A stretch of DNA of 64,000 bases. It comes from Tortispora ganteri. Its lineage: Eukaryota. This document shows positions 41,694-52,836 of this stretch, piece after piece (positions within the stretch are counted from its first letter, which is position 1; every line of letters begins with the position of its first letter). Both the position numbers and the translations under genes were made by a program. The stretch is taken from NCBI GenBank assembly GCA_003707115.1, contig PPNB01000003.1:372001-436000 (forward strand), in the 5' to 3' direction. The notes under the pieces are model-generated. The model was not told where the DNA came from. It was given only the letters and a program-made list of their open reading frames with translations, and searched no databases.

Positions 41694-43799
41694 TTACTCG
41701 GGTTTAACGCCATATCTTTGAACGGACTTTCCATCAGGAATGGTAAAAAATACGGCTGGTGAAGTAGCAGTAGGAGCTTTATCTAGCCTATAGTATCCCT
41801 TTCGTTCAAATTGAATAATGTCTCCTTCCTTGAGTGTTTTAACACTCGAATCTGCAATAGCAGAAGAATGGAACTCGGTCTGGGGTGTTAAATAGTCTTC
41901 GACTTTATCGTTCTCTTCCAGTTTGTCTTTGGTGATAAGTAAATCGAAGTCAACTAAGTCTGCTTTCACGACATCATCAGTGTTCGCAATCCAAGTAACT
42001 TTCTTCTTCGTTTTGCGGAAATCTCCTTCAAGGTGTAAAGTGGCATCAATTGAAGTAACGTTTCCGGCTCCATCCTTTTTGATCGTGTTAACAATGACAT
42101 TACCCCAATCCATAAGAGTGATTTCTTCGCCCTCAGCGAAAGACTGGCCATCTGCTTGGTCGATTAAGACAGAAGGACCGAAGATAACATCCTTCTCACC
42201 AACTTCCAAGTTCTTCTTGTGACGAGGGCGCTTCTCAGTGTATGGCTTTTCGGGAGCACCTGCTAATGTCACCACGACAGGATTCTCGGCAGCCACGGCG
42301 ACATGACGAGGAGCGATTGGATCAATAACCTTTTTATTGGTAGCCCATATGAGATTCCAGTCAAGATTTATAATATTCTTGGAAGGACCCTGTGCAATAA
42401 TAAACGCCCATAGACCTTCAACAGTCATACCACGGCGACGTACACCACGAACAGTAGGGAATCTAGGATCATCCCAGCCGCTGACAAGTCCTTCATTAAC
42501 AAACCATTGTAGCTTGCGCTTGGAAAGCAAAGTGCGTACAAAGTTAAGCCTAGAGAAATCCCAAATGTGTACTTTGCGAAGATTCAAGGCATTAAGCATC
42601 CAGTCGTATTGAGCATTTCTATCGCGGTATTCGATGGTACGAAGAGCGTGAGTGACGCCTTCAATCGCATCAACCACAGGAACGCAAAAATCATAGGTAG
42701 GGTACATTTTCCAAGTAGTACCGGTTCTGTGATGGGGGGTAAGGTTGCAGCGATAGATTACAGGATCGCGCAATGCCTTGTTAGGATCGTCAGGAGATAT
42801 TTTGGCACGTATGCAGTAAGTGAGACCTATCTCAGTTCCATTTTTCATTTCATTCTCAAAAATATCTAATGATTCCTGTACAGGCCTGTTTCTGCGAGCC
42901 GAAGCAATACCGTCCATACGTTCAGCGCGCATGCGCTCTTGGGGTGTATCATCAGCATATGCCTTGTCTTCAGAAATGAGTTTTTTAGCAAGGTCGTACA
43001 TAGTATCAAAGTAGTCCGAAGAAAAAGTAGTACGTTCTGCTTTGATTCCAAGAAGTTCCAAATCCTCAATAATAGACTGTTGGAATTCCAAATTTTCCTT
43101 TGAAGGGTTTGTATCGTCAAATCTGATGATCATTTTGCCGTGATACATTTGGGCAATATGTTGATTCAAAATAGCGGCCTTAGCATGTCCAATATGAAGA
43201 TATCCACTAGGTTCAGGAGGAAAACGAGTGACAACTTTGCCGTCTTCAGCACCTATCAGTTCGATACTATAGTTAGCCGAGTGGGCTTTCTTTCCTGTCG
43301 AGGTAGCAGTTTTTGCTTTGTTGACAGCGGCAAGGTAGGCGTCAACTGTGTCATTGAAGGTCAACGCAAGGAAATTGTACCAGCGGGATATGTTGATAAA
43401 GGTGCCAGATTTGATAATAGAGCCCATAAGGGGGTTTGCACGCAAGGCGCCCCAAACGAGGATATCAGCTAGAGACAAAGAGTAACCTACCATATAGGAG
43501 CGGAAATGCAAATGAGACTCTAACTTCTCTAAAGCGGGATTCAATTTCTTGAAATCTTTGACCAGGTAATCGTTCATGGAAGGTAGTAACCACTCATCCG
43601 AGATCTTTGATTTATCGCCCAAATACACCTCTGGATGTTCCTTAATGAGCTTTTTCATAGCGGCTTCGTAACCTTCTGCGCCGCTGTAAACTATTTTGTC
43701 AGAATCATTGACTTCAAAGTCAACATTAACATATTTAGCAGCAATTAAAAGTCCATAAGGAACAAGAGGTGCTTTAGTTCCTACCGATACAGAAGCCAT
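41694..43799 (-). CDS. GUS1: Cytoplasmic glutamyl-tRNA synthetase
   Basis: RFPPEPSGYLHIGH, RFDDTNP, LLSKRKL; GST-like N-domain. Confidence 0.96.
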   Translation of the reverse strand: MASVSVGTKAPLVPYGLLIAAKYVNVDFEVNDSDKIVYSGAEGYEAAMKKLIKEHPEVYLGDKSKISDEWLLPSMNDYLVKDFKKLNPALEKLESHLHFRSYMVGYSLSLADILVWGALRANPLMGSIIKSGTFINISRWYNFLALTFNDTVDAYLAAVNKAKTATSTGKKAHSANYSIELIGAEDGKVVTRFPPEPSGYLHIGHAKAAILNQHIAQMYHGKMIIRFDDTNPSKENLEFQQSIIEDLELLGIKAERTTFSSDYFDTMYDLAKKLISEDKAYADDTPQERMRAERMDGIASARRNRPVQESLDIFENEMKNGTEIGLTYCIRAKISPDDPNKALRDPVIYRCNLTPHHRTGTTWKMYPTYDFCVPVVDAIEGVTHALRTIEYRDRNAQYDWMLNALNLRKVHIWDFSRLNFVRTLLSKRKLQWFVNEGLVSGWDDPRFPTVRGVRRRGMTVEGLWAFIIAQGPSKNIINLDWNLIWATNKKVIDPIAPRHVAVAAENPVVVTLAGAPEKPYTEKRPRHKKNLEVGEKDVIFGPSVLIDQADGQSFAEGEEITLMDWGNVIVNTIKKDGAGNVTSIDATLHLEGDFRKTKKKVTWIANTDDVVKADLVDFDLLITKDKLEENDKVEDYLTPQTEFHSSAIADSSVKTLKEGDIIQFERKGYYRLDKAPTATSPAVFFTIPDGKSVQRYGVKPE

Positions 43800-44141
43800 T
43801 TTATCGAAAAATAAGTGATGGTTATTTCGTTGATGGAATTTTTCATATTAAGGTTCCATTGATGATTGGGCACAAATAGCCCATAAGTAGACTTATCTGT
43901 GCTCTGAGATAGGTTTAAATCCTTCAAAAATAAAAGTCATATATTGCTATTGAATAAACAGAGTCGTGTTATTTCAATATTACATTGAATGTGAATTTCA
44001 GATGCAAATATATATATATATACATTGTTTTAGTCAAACCTTATACTATATATCATTTCCCAAAAAGGAAGGTGTGTCGGTACAAACCAGTTCTTAAACC
44101 GACTGACTCATTGAGAAATTTCTTTCGGAGCTAGTTAAATA

Positions 44142-45143
44142 ATGTTTCGATCTTTAAGACACATCGGTACGCGCAATGTGAGGATATCACTGAATAGATC
44201 TCGAGGAGCTTACCGATATTTCTCATACAGCAAGATATCGCACCGAAACCGGTTTCTGCTGTGGGGTTCAGTTATGTACGTGTGCACAGTTTACGGCACG
44301 TACAAGTTTTTTAGCACAAAGTCGGAAACCTTGAATGCATTGGATAAAGACGAATCATCGCCTTATAGGCTGCTAGAAGAGCGAGAATTTGGAAGTAACT
44401 GCACCGCTGCGGACTCTACACCTGTCTACGACGAAGGAGCGGCATCGTACGACGGAAACATTAATAAAGAGGAATATTTTATGGCGATGTCGTTCTGGAG
44501 AAGATGGGTAGCTAATCAAGTGGTTACTGCTTCTGTTTTAGGAAAGCAAAACATATCTGCAGATGGAAGACGTTTACCTGATGTACTGGAAGTCAGTGCT
44601 GGCACTGGTAGGAACATACCGTTTCTGGATGTAGCCAAGATCGGCACAATCACATTCACAGACGCAAGCAGTGCGATGCTCGATATATGCAGAGAAAAAT
44701 TCAAAAAACGGTTTCCTAAGTACAAGTATGCTCGTTTCAGCACTATACCTGCCGAATTCGTTCATACAAGCGAGATATCGCCGCTGAAAAACAAGAAATA
44801 CGACGTTGTATATGAAACATTCGGTCTATGCTCGCATGCAGATCCTGTCAAGGCATTACAGGAAATGCTAGAAGCACTTAAACCAGGCGGAAGAGTGGTC
44901 CTTGTTGAACACGGAAGATCAAAGTACAAATGGCTAAATAAAATCCTAGACAACGGAGCGATCATTCGAGCTCGCAAATGGGGGTGCAGGTGGAACCTGG
45001 ATATCGATGAAATCGTGAGACAAACAGGCGCAGAAGTTCTTTATCACAATCGTTCTCATTTTGGTACCACATATTCTTTTGTGCTAAAACGTCCTGATGA
45101 CGACACAGTGGATTCTACAGCAAAAAAATTTAGCTTCTTTTAA
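44142..45143 (+). CDS. OMS1: Mitochondrial SAM-dependent methyltransferase
   Basis: Presequence and TM; VLEVSAGTGRN, TFGLCS..DPV, LKPGG...EHGRS, WGCRWNLDI. Confidence 0.88.
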   Translation: MFRSLRHIGTRNVRISLNRSRGAYRYFSYSKISHRNRFLLWGSVMYVCTVYGTYKFFSTKSETLNALDKDESSPYRLLEEREFGSNCTAADSTPVYDEGAASYDGNINKEEYFMAMSFWRRWVANQVVTASVLGKQNISADGRRLPDVLEVSAGTGRNIPFLDVAKIGTITFTDASSAMLDICREKFKKRFPKYKYARFSTIPAEFVHTSEISPLKNKKYDVVYETFGLCSHADPVKALQEMLEALKPGGRVVLVEHGRSKYKWLNKILDNGAIIRARKWGCRWNLDIDEIVRQTGAEVLYHNRSHFGTTYSFVLKRPDDDTVDSTAKKFSFF

Positions 45144-45238
45144 GAATAAAGAGAAAATCAATTATAAAAGCAAGAAAGAAGATAAACAGGAAGTGCAAGA
45201 GAGTTTAAAAAAGAATAAAAGTCGATTAGAGGATAATT

Positions 45239-46234
45239 TCAGAGCCCGAAGTCAAATTGGTTATCTAAATTCGTCGCCGCTAAATTGGAAACCGATTGGA
45301 CGAAGTCGAATTCATAGTCATACCCGGGCAGCCACACTGGCTCAATGCAATCGTCGATCGATACAGGAGCAATAAGAGAATCTAATTGGTATAACGCTTC
45401 GGGATCATTCAATGGCCTCGGTACCTCATCAATATGTAAAACCTGGTGATCTTCATCGGAGTCGGATAGAGAGTAAGACACAACAGATTCTTCCTGCGTT
45501 GATATAGGACTCCATGTCGCCGAATGCAGCTTAGATTCTAGATCGAGAGACTGTATGGGCTCTTGTCTAGCATCCGATCTCGATCCTCTTCTTACCACTG
45601 CCGGTTCGCTATGATGGTAACTATTAAAGAGATCGGTGTTATCAATTGCATAAGAATAATTCTGATAGTGAGCAGGCAACTGTATAGGTTTGTTGTTGCT
45701 ATTGAAAATGACAGATTCTATGTGCTTCACACTTGGTATCAAATCCCTATGATGCTGTTGTTCATTTTGAGAAGGATAGATGGTTTGTTGCTTTGAAAAA
45801 GGCTGCTGTGGCTGTTGTTGCTGTTGTTGTTGCTGCTGCTGCTGTTGCTGTTGCTGTTGTCTGGCCTTAGGCGGGACATACACTGGCACATCATCTGCAT
45901 CGGCGGCTGCAGCCGCAGCTTTTGAAATTGCGGCCGAATCTTGCGATGCGTATGTTTCTGCAAATGGAGAATTGGCCAGATAGAATAAAGTCCTTTTCGG
46001 GTGAGTTGTGACGAGGAGCTTTTCCAATTGACCGGTAGGGTGAGATTTGACGTAATTGTTCAGTCTGCTTGCAACTAGCGCTTGTGGATTGGCGCTCACT
46101 TCGAGAGTTGCGCAGCCATTCAACGATAACATATGTGTTATTTTCCTTACAGAAAGAGGTCCGCCTTCAGATGTTTCATTCAATAAGGAGACCGTTCCAA
46201 GAACGATATCGTCTTCGGCGACTGTGTCAGACAT
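45239..46234 (-). CDS. Polyglutamine protein with N-terminal winged-helix-like domain (Gds1-like)
   Basis: DDIV...LSVRKI...LVASRLNNY...PKRTLFY resembles the Gds1 HTH region (recall only); first ATG at 46234. Confidence 0.6.
   Translation of the reverse strand: MSDTVAEDDIVLGTVSLLNETSEGGPLSVRKITHMLSLNGCATLEVSANPQALVASRLNNYVKSHPTGQLEKLLVTTHPKRTLFYLANSPFAETYASQDSAAISKAAAAAADADDVPVYVPPKARQQQQQQQQQQQQQQQQPQQPFSKQQTIYPSQNEQQHHRDLIPSVKHIESVIFNSNNKPIQLPAHYQNYSYAIDNTDLFNSYHHSEPAVVRRGSRSDARQEPIQSLDLESKLHSATWSPISTQEESVVSYSLSDSDEDHQVLHIDEVPRPLNDPEALYQLDSLIAPVSIDDCIEPVWLPGYDYEFDFVQSVSNLAATNLDNQFDFGL
45803..45862 (-). repeat. CAG/CAA polyglutamine repeat
   Basis: Mixed CAG/CAA codons encoding a long Q tract. 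Confidence 0.9.
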
Positions 46235-49200
46235 GGTCAACGGTTTCGCAGTTAGGGAGGCAAGTGGGCAGAAGTGTTGCAGTGTTGTATAGAGTATGCG
46301 CGATGTATTATAAGGGACTTGTACAAGTTGAGACAAGTCTCTCAGGTTGTGTAATTGAGGCGCGAGCAGTTGGATATATTGATAATCTTCGGAAAGACGT
46401 TGGGGTCAAGGTCGAAGCAACTTAAGTGGAATAAATAGATTAGATTGACCTACGAAGTGAACAATGAGCTGAATATCGTTCAATTCAATGAGAATTAGTA
46501 GTTTATACTCTCAAGTGGGATGATAAAAAAGATAATGATGAAGCAAAAGGAAATGAGTTGGCTTTTATGGCTGCAGTCTGTAGATAAACGTTTGTATTAT
46601 CTAATTAAGCTTGAGACTTCGCTGGAGTGATTTTGCAGGTATTAAGGTTTAAGAGCAGGTTTTAACCTTTCCAATACTGAGACAGTAAAGATTACCCTAA
46701 TTGGCTAGGAAACTTTAATTAGAGTTCTTTAGCATCCTGCTAGGACGTCGATGTGCAAGGATTTCAGTGCAAGGATTCCATGCACGTATGCTTTCTGCAA
46801 CTGTAACGAACAAACCTCCTAAGCACAGATCTCTTTTGGAAAAGCTGAAATAAATGATAATTAATGAGATATGGAAAGAAGTTCTATATTGCAGGGGCAC
46901 TGACATCGCACTGACCCTAAGACTTAACTAACCTTATTTCTATGGAAAGAAAAAAAAAAAGAAAGATAGAAAGAATGAAAAACTTTCCATAGGAGAGGTA
47001 AAGCGTTATACATTTTTTATAACTCTTTTTTAAATTTTTGTATTGCTCGTGCAGTGGTGTCATTCTTTTATTGGCACGAGTCCAATGTCGTGCAAGCCAG
47101 GTAGTTAGATCGAAAACCATTCATTCGAAATAAACGTGATGTGCAAGGATAGGGAAACTCATGCAAAAGGTAAGATGGTACAAATCAGTCATATATCTAT
47201 CTAACTACAGGTATTTATGCTCTAAGACTAAAAAATGCAAGATATAATATATGCCAGATTAGGGGTTGTCGACCAACAGTACGTGGACTGTTACTTAGTA
47301 TTCAAACAGCTCGGCAGTATAATCGATAGCGATATTCGTTTCGATAACTGGTAAAATAACGCTAAACAGATCTGCATAGCAAATTTCCTGAACCAAAAAT
47401 AAACCAATTCTATCGACCTTAAAGCTTGTTTGAAGTCAATAAGCGAAAATAAACAACGGGGTAATTATCATCCTAGAATGACATAATATATTGAGGATGT
47501 CCGTTACTATTGGCTAATCTAATTATCACGAGACTGTTTTAACAGAGCGAGATACGATCGATACTGCTTATTGGTGCGGAGTTAGCTTTTGCTTAAGAAC
47601 CTTGAAACTCAGTATCGCTCGAAAACGCTATTTTGTTAACTTTTATCTCGAGGTATACGCAACCCTAACCAACAATATCCTCCACTTAGAAGACAGTTCA
47701 CTCTGTCTCTGATCGGCACCCAAGTTGTGTTGTAGGTTTTTTTTCCCTCGATTCTGAAGCAGAAAATCTCTTTTTTATAGACACAAAACAGTCCTTTATC
47801 AATGTATGGAGCTAGTAGTAGATTTTTTGAATGACTTTAAAAAGGCTAGGCAAGGGGATTAAACGCCAGTTCGCCATTTGTACATTACCGTAAATGGAAT
47901 TCTGAAAGAATAACTGAAGAATTTTTCGTTAAAGTTTATATGCTAACTAAAATTACTGCTTCAATTAGTCTCATTATTCTATCAAAGAATATAGCTAACA
48001 TAGGTTGATTCTATCCCTCGATCTATTCATATGCAACCAATTAAATTTGTTCAAGACATGATAAAGTACCGATACTTTAATATTATCAGCCTCAGTAGGC
48101 GTAGGCCTATCAATATGTAATTATTTGCATCCAACTGTCTTTTCGCAGATACTAGTATCCGTTTGGCTTTTTTATGGGCATTCCTGCTCTAATAATAAAC
48201 ACAGCCTACGAGGCGTATAGCAAAAAACTCATAAATTTTCGTGAACCTGTAACAGTTCCGCCAGCAACTGGGTTTTAGATATATTTCTTCTAAGATGATC
48301 ACCATGACCTCAGTCAGTCCAAGCGCGCCACCACGCTCAGCCACTGCCACGTGGTTAATCCTTTCGCGCAAGCTACGATCCAGATTCTAAAGAAAACCTT
48401 ATCGCTCCCCCTTGATATGAATGATTCAAGTGCTGTTAGAACTCTATTGCAGTCTCTCGCTATCAACAATCTCTCGAAATCCTTGCTAAAAACTTTATCT
48501 CCCTATCTATGCGATCGGTCCTTTTGCTATAACGGCAGTAGATAATTGTAACAGAAGCTCCATACTCGAATTTTACGTACTTATGCGACTTGACCTTCGT
48601 ATGAGCTTCTTTTTCGTATCGATCGTCTTTTCGATACCGAGTCGCTTTCTACTTACTTTAGCCGTTTTCACACACTCCTGCCTATCTTCTCCACATTAGC
48701 TTGATATCTTGTTAAATTAGTTCTCGTTAAAAGCTCTTGAAATCTCTGTTTATTACAAAAAGTATTAGTATGACATGAATACATACGCCTCTCTTTACAA
48801 CCTGCCCGTATACACGTGACAATTCGTATACAGGTAGGCTCTTGGGACCGACCGCATTCAATCAACCAGCCAGCCACCCGGCCAGCGAGTCAAAAGACCT
48901 CTCACTTATTCACTTATTATCCCTCCATACATATTTGTCTCCTTCATCCAGTTTTGGCAATCTTAATTGCTTCTCGAACCCTTAGATCTGCACTTACTAA
49001 GCTCCCTAGGACCCTTTTATACTGCCCTACCGTGCTGTCGTACAATTGGTCCCATGGAATGAAGGGGAAGTATTGTGGCAAAAATCCTGCTATCGACCAA
49101 TTACAGGCGTTATATGCAGCTGGGCTGGGACATTAATCTTGCTCGTTATTGGTCAAATAATTTAAGTTATACCCTAACCCTCAAATTCTTTATCTATATA

Positions 49201-49362
49201 TATAGAGTCACTCCCACTTTTATTACGACTCGCCGGTTGCCGCACCTGTCCCCAAACCCATATACTCTTAATTGACTTTGGGTTTATACCGTTTCCTTTA
49301 TACGCATACCCCACACTTATTATTGCATTCATTTGCTTAGACTTATTGCTTTTAGTCTATTA

Positions 49363-49418
49363 GTAAGTTAGCTTAACTGCCACGCCCTGTTCTGACCTCG
49401 TCTTTACTAAGATTTTAG
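49363..49418 (+). other. Probable 5'-UTR intron of SPT15
   Basis: GTAAGT donor, TACTAAG branch, TTTTAG acceptor 3 nt before the ATG; 56 nt, within the size range of the other introns. Confidence 0.65.
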
Positions 49419-49421
49419 AGT

Positions 49422-50213
49422 ATGGATTCGTTGGCCGTCCCCCAAACTGCTGCTGAGGCAATGGCTTTTGTCTCTCCTACCTCACTTTCATTTCCAATGG
49501 CTTCTTCTGAACTCAAAACTGTGGAGAACTCTTCAGGCCAGACGTCTGATACGAATGGTACGCTATCGTTGGCGACAATTAAATCGGATCAAGATGCTTC
49601 AAAGTCACTAAGCAGCAAAGTTGGCCCACAATCTTACCCCTCGAATTCTGATAATGTTGCTGCTGGTTCCTCTGGTATCGTTCCAACATTGCAGAACATA
49701 GTAGCAACTGTTAATCTGGAATGTCGCTTGGATCTGAAAACTATCGCTTTGCATGCACGCAACGCTGAGTATAACCCTAAGCGTTTCGCTGCTGTGATTA
49801 TGCGTATTCGTGAACCCAAAACTACCGCTCTGATATTCGCCTCTGGTAAGATGGTTGTTACTGGAGCTAAATCGGAGGATGAATCAAAGCTGGCTTCTAG
49901 AAAATATGCTCGTATTATTCAAAAACTGGGCTTCAACGCCAAATTTATGGAGTTTAAGATTCAGAATATCGTGGGGTCCTGCGATGTTAAGTTTCCTATT
50001 CGTCTAGAAGGTTTGGCATTTTCCCACGGTACTTTCTCGTCTTATGAACCAGAACTTTTCCCAGGTTTGATTTATCGTATGGTCAAGCCTAAAATTGTCT
50101 TGCTTATATTTGTTTCCGGCAAGATCGTACTTACTGGTGCAAAAGTCCGTGAGGAGATTTATGCCGCTTTTGAGGCTATCTATCCGGTCCTTAACGAGTT
50201 TCGCAAAGCCTAA
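49422..50213 (+). CDS. SPT15: TATA-binding protein
   Basis: [12 protein letters not shown]...[38 protein letters not shown]. Confidence 0.98.
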   Translation: MDSLAVPQTAAEAMAFVSPTSLSFPMASSELKTVENSSGQTSDTNGTLSLATIKSDQDASKSLSSKVGPQSYPSNSDNVAAGSSGIVPTLQNIVATVNLECRLDLKTIALHARNAEYNPKRFAAVIMRIREPKTTALIFASGKMVVTGAKSEDESKLASRKYARIIQKLGFNAKFMEFKIQNIVGSCDVKFPIRLEGLAFSHGTFSSYEPELFPGLIYRMVKPKIVLLIFVSGKIVLTGAKVREEIYAAFEAIYPVLNEFRKA

Positions 50214-50769
50214 GGGATGCAAATTCTTGTTTCTCTTGATCTCGGGTTTGCGTAAAATTGCATTGATGGATTTAATGATCCGCAATCCAATCTATTGCTC
50301 TTTACAAGCAACTCGTTTATAGAGCTTATGTACATTAGCACACCTGTTTTGTGACGTTTTCTCTCAGACTGTTACTCTAAGCAACTTTGTCTAATATTCT
50401 GCCGCGCCTTTGCTTTGATCACTTTGACTTTTAGATGACCGATTCAACAAAGAGAAAATGAATTACTACCAAAACCCTTAACGACACTGATGATAGAAGT
50501 GCCCCTTTTCTGCCTAATCAAGAAAAAAGAAACTTCTTAACCGAAGGACAATTCTAAAGAATTTAATGAATGATATGCTTCTTGAAGATTAATTCTTATG
50601 TTATGTAGTATAGTAACAACATTAGTGTAATAATGGTAACTATGCGAAGTTTCTCTTATAAACCTGATGGTGTCTTTGATTGGCTGAACTTAAACTGTCA
50701 CTTCTACTCTACTTTCACCTGTGTAAACAAACTATACATCAAACTACATTTATCTTTTGCACGACTATA

Positions 50770-52836
50770 ATGGATAATAATCGGCGTTCTATGATGGAAG
50801 GATATGATGATTATAGAGATAATAGTAGGACTCGAGCTCTTCATTCCTTAGATGGAAATGCAGTCCACTCGCGCGCGTCGATGATCCCGCAACCGTCATC
50901 GGCATTCAAACAAGCGGTTTCGCGTACCAGCAGTATTGCTAAACCGCCTATTAATACTATGCGTGACCCTCAATCTACTATAGGATATGGTGGTGACTCT
51001 ACTAGCGGATTTGAAAATGCCAATGTACGTTCATATCCTTCTTCGATGAGACAAAGCCTTGCGCCTGCCTTATCCCATCATAGAATGAGTTTAGCGCCAA
51101 GTACAACAAGTCATAGAACAAGTATGGCACCTTCGACGTTTGCCACTCCTGGCCGTACTAAGCATAGTAAAAGTTCTATGTCAGCAAGTGTGGGCGGAGC
51201 GGTTACGAAAGACATGCGGCCTCTTCGAGACAGAGGCTATTTAGTGAGAATGGCTCAGAAGGTTTATGATTATTTGTCAAGTAATGATTTTGAGTCAGAG
51301 ATGAACCACTCTTTAACAGTTGATAGATTATTTAAAAGTCCCACTCAGAAAGATTTTGTTTTGTCATTTCAATGGCTATATCTTCGACTGGATCCGGGAA
51401 ATAAGTTTGTCAAAAGTCACGATCAAGAAATATTTTCAGTATTAAAAAGCATAGGTTATCCTTACATGGAAAATATTTCCCGAAACCAGCTTTCGAGTAT
51501 TGGAAGTTCTAGTTCATGGCGGTTTCATCTCGCAATCCTTGCTTGGTTAGTTGATATGAATCTCATTTTTGACTGTTTTGATGCTCAGGATTATGAAAAA
51601 GGCCCTGAAATGGAGCAACACATGAATGGTTTGGCAATGAACCAGCTGCCAAACAAGTATCTTCCTCAAATGTACCAATGCTATTTGTCAGGTAGTCCTA
51701 AAGAAGAAGAATTTCAAGAGGAGCTTATTGCTGCACTAGACGAGCGAATGCAGATAGAAGTTGCTAATGCAGAGACTCTAAGGACAGTGAATGGCGAGCT
51801 AAAAACTGAGCTTAATACACTAAAGAAAAGCAGTAGGATTTTGGCCGAGGCTGTTGCTAAATCTGAAGCTCTAGATAGTGATTTAGTGAAATTCAAAGCG
51901 TACATTGAGCATACGGAAAGACGGAAAGAACGATGGCCTTCGCAGATGCTCAAATTACAGGAGACTGAGCAGGAACAAATTGCCAAACTCCGAGAGCTTA
52001 GTCAGCAACGAGAACAGTTTCTTGAACAAATTGCTAGCCGAGGATTGACTATCGCAGATATTGATAGGTTAAATTCACAGCATGAGGCACTACTGCATGC
52101 TCAAGAGGTATCACAGAAGAGGTTAGAAAGTTTAATGATTCAGTGTTCTGAGAAAGAAAAGGAATTGCGTGCCGTATACGAGCGGGTTGAACAAACGGTT
52201 GCTTCATACAATTCACTTGCGCATAAACAAGGCATTTTTCCATTATACGATGGAGTTACCATCAAGCTAACACTGAACTCTCCATTCGCGAACGGAGAAT
52301 TGGAAAACGGGACAGTTCCGTCAGTTCAGTCTATAATTGGAAACTCGGATCTGAAAATTGGTTTAAGACAAGTTCTTCAGGAATTTAGAAAGAGCATTGT
52401 GGGAAGAAAACATAAAGCGGAAGATGAAGTAGTTGAACTAGAAGAGGAGGTTGATCGGGTTCAAGAGCAACTTAAACAACTTTCGGTAAATCAAGACGTG
52501 TTATCGAAAAGATTGAATCAGAATCGAGAAAGCCAAGAGCAACTCTTGGCACAATTCCTTGAGACGTCGCAGATGATTGAAGTTGAGCTAGGAAGGCTTG
52601 AGAAATCCATTCGAGCCAAGCACTCTACTGAAAATGAGAAACTGATCCAAAAGGAGCAAGATATGCGAACTAAGTTAAATGATTGTGAACGCTTAGAGAG
52701 TTCTATTGAAGAGGCGAGAATCAATCTAACAGAACGGACAGTGGAAGTGGTTGACACATTGACTGAGGTTTATGGAGAGATTCAACAAGAAATTGACGGA
52801 CTATTAGAATTTCTTGGGTCGGAGATCCCGGAATAA
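50770..52836 (+). CDS. NDC80: Kinetochore protein Ndc80/Hec1
   Basis: KDMRPLRD, SPTQKDF...FQWLY..LDP, GYPY CH-domain motifs; long coiled coil; first ATG at 50770. Confidence 0.92.
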   Translation: MDNNRRSMMEGYDDYRDNSRTRALHSLDGNAVHSRASMIPQPSSAFKQAVSRTSSIAKPPINTMRDPQSTIGYGGDSTSGFENANVRSYPSSMRQSLAPALSHHRMSLAPSTTSHRTSMAPSTFATPGRTKHSKSSMSASVGGAVTKDMRPLRDRGYLVRMAQKVYDYLSSNDFESEMNHSLTVDRLFKSPTQKDFVLSFQWLYLRLDPGNKFVKSHDQEIFSVLKSIGYPYMENISRNQLSSIGSSSSWRFHLAILAWLVDMNLIFDCFDAQDYEKGPEMEQHMNGLAMNQLPNKYLPQMYQCYLSGSPKEEEFQEELIAALDERMQIEVANAETLRTVNGELKTELNTLKKSSRILAEAVAKSEALDSDLVKFKAYIEHTERRKERWPSQMLKLQETEQEQIAKLRELSQQREQFLEQIASRGLTIADIDRLNSQHEALLHAQEVSQKRLESLMIQCSEKEKELRAVYERVEQTVASYNSLAHKQGIFPLYDGVTIKLTLNSPFANGELENGTVPSVQSIIGNSDLKIGLRQVLQEFRKSIVGRKHKAEDEVVELEEEVDRVQEQLKQLSVNQDVLSKRLNQNRESQEQLLAQFLETSQMIEVELGRLEKSIRAKHSTENEKLIQKEQDMRTKLNDCERLESSIEEARINLTERTVEVVDTLTEVYGEIQQEIDGLLEFLGSEIPE

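Noticed and set aside
45780..45983. Poly-Cys ORF resembling a metallothionein
   Set aside because: It is the antisense reading of the CAG/CAA polyQ tract.
47864..47872. CGCCAGTTC complementary to a large-subunit rRNA segment (possible snoRNA guide)
   Set aside because: Only 9 nt and not followed by a D/D' box at the required spacing.
50680..50769. TTG-initiated N-terminal extension of NDC80 (similar non-ATG starts at 53318, 46336, 11273)
   Set aside because: ORF-caller alternative starts; a downstream ATG gives a sensible N-terminus in each case.
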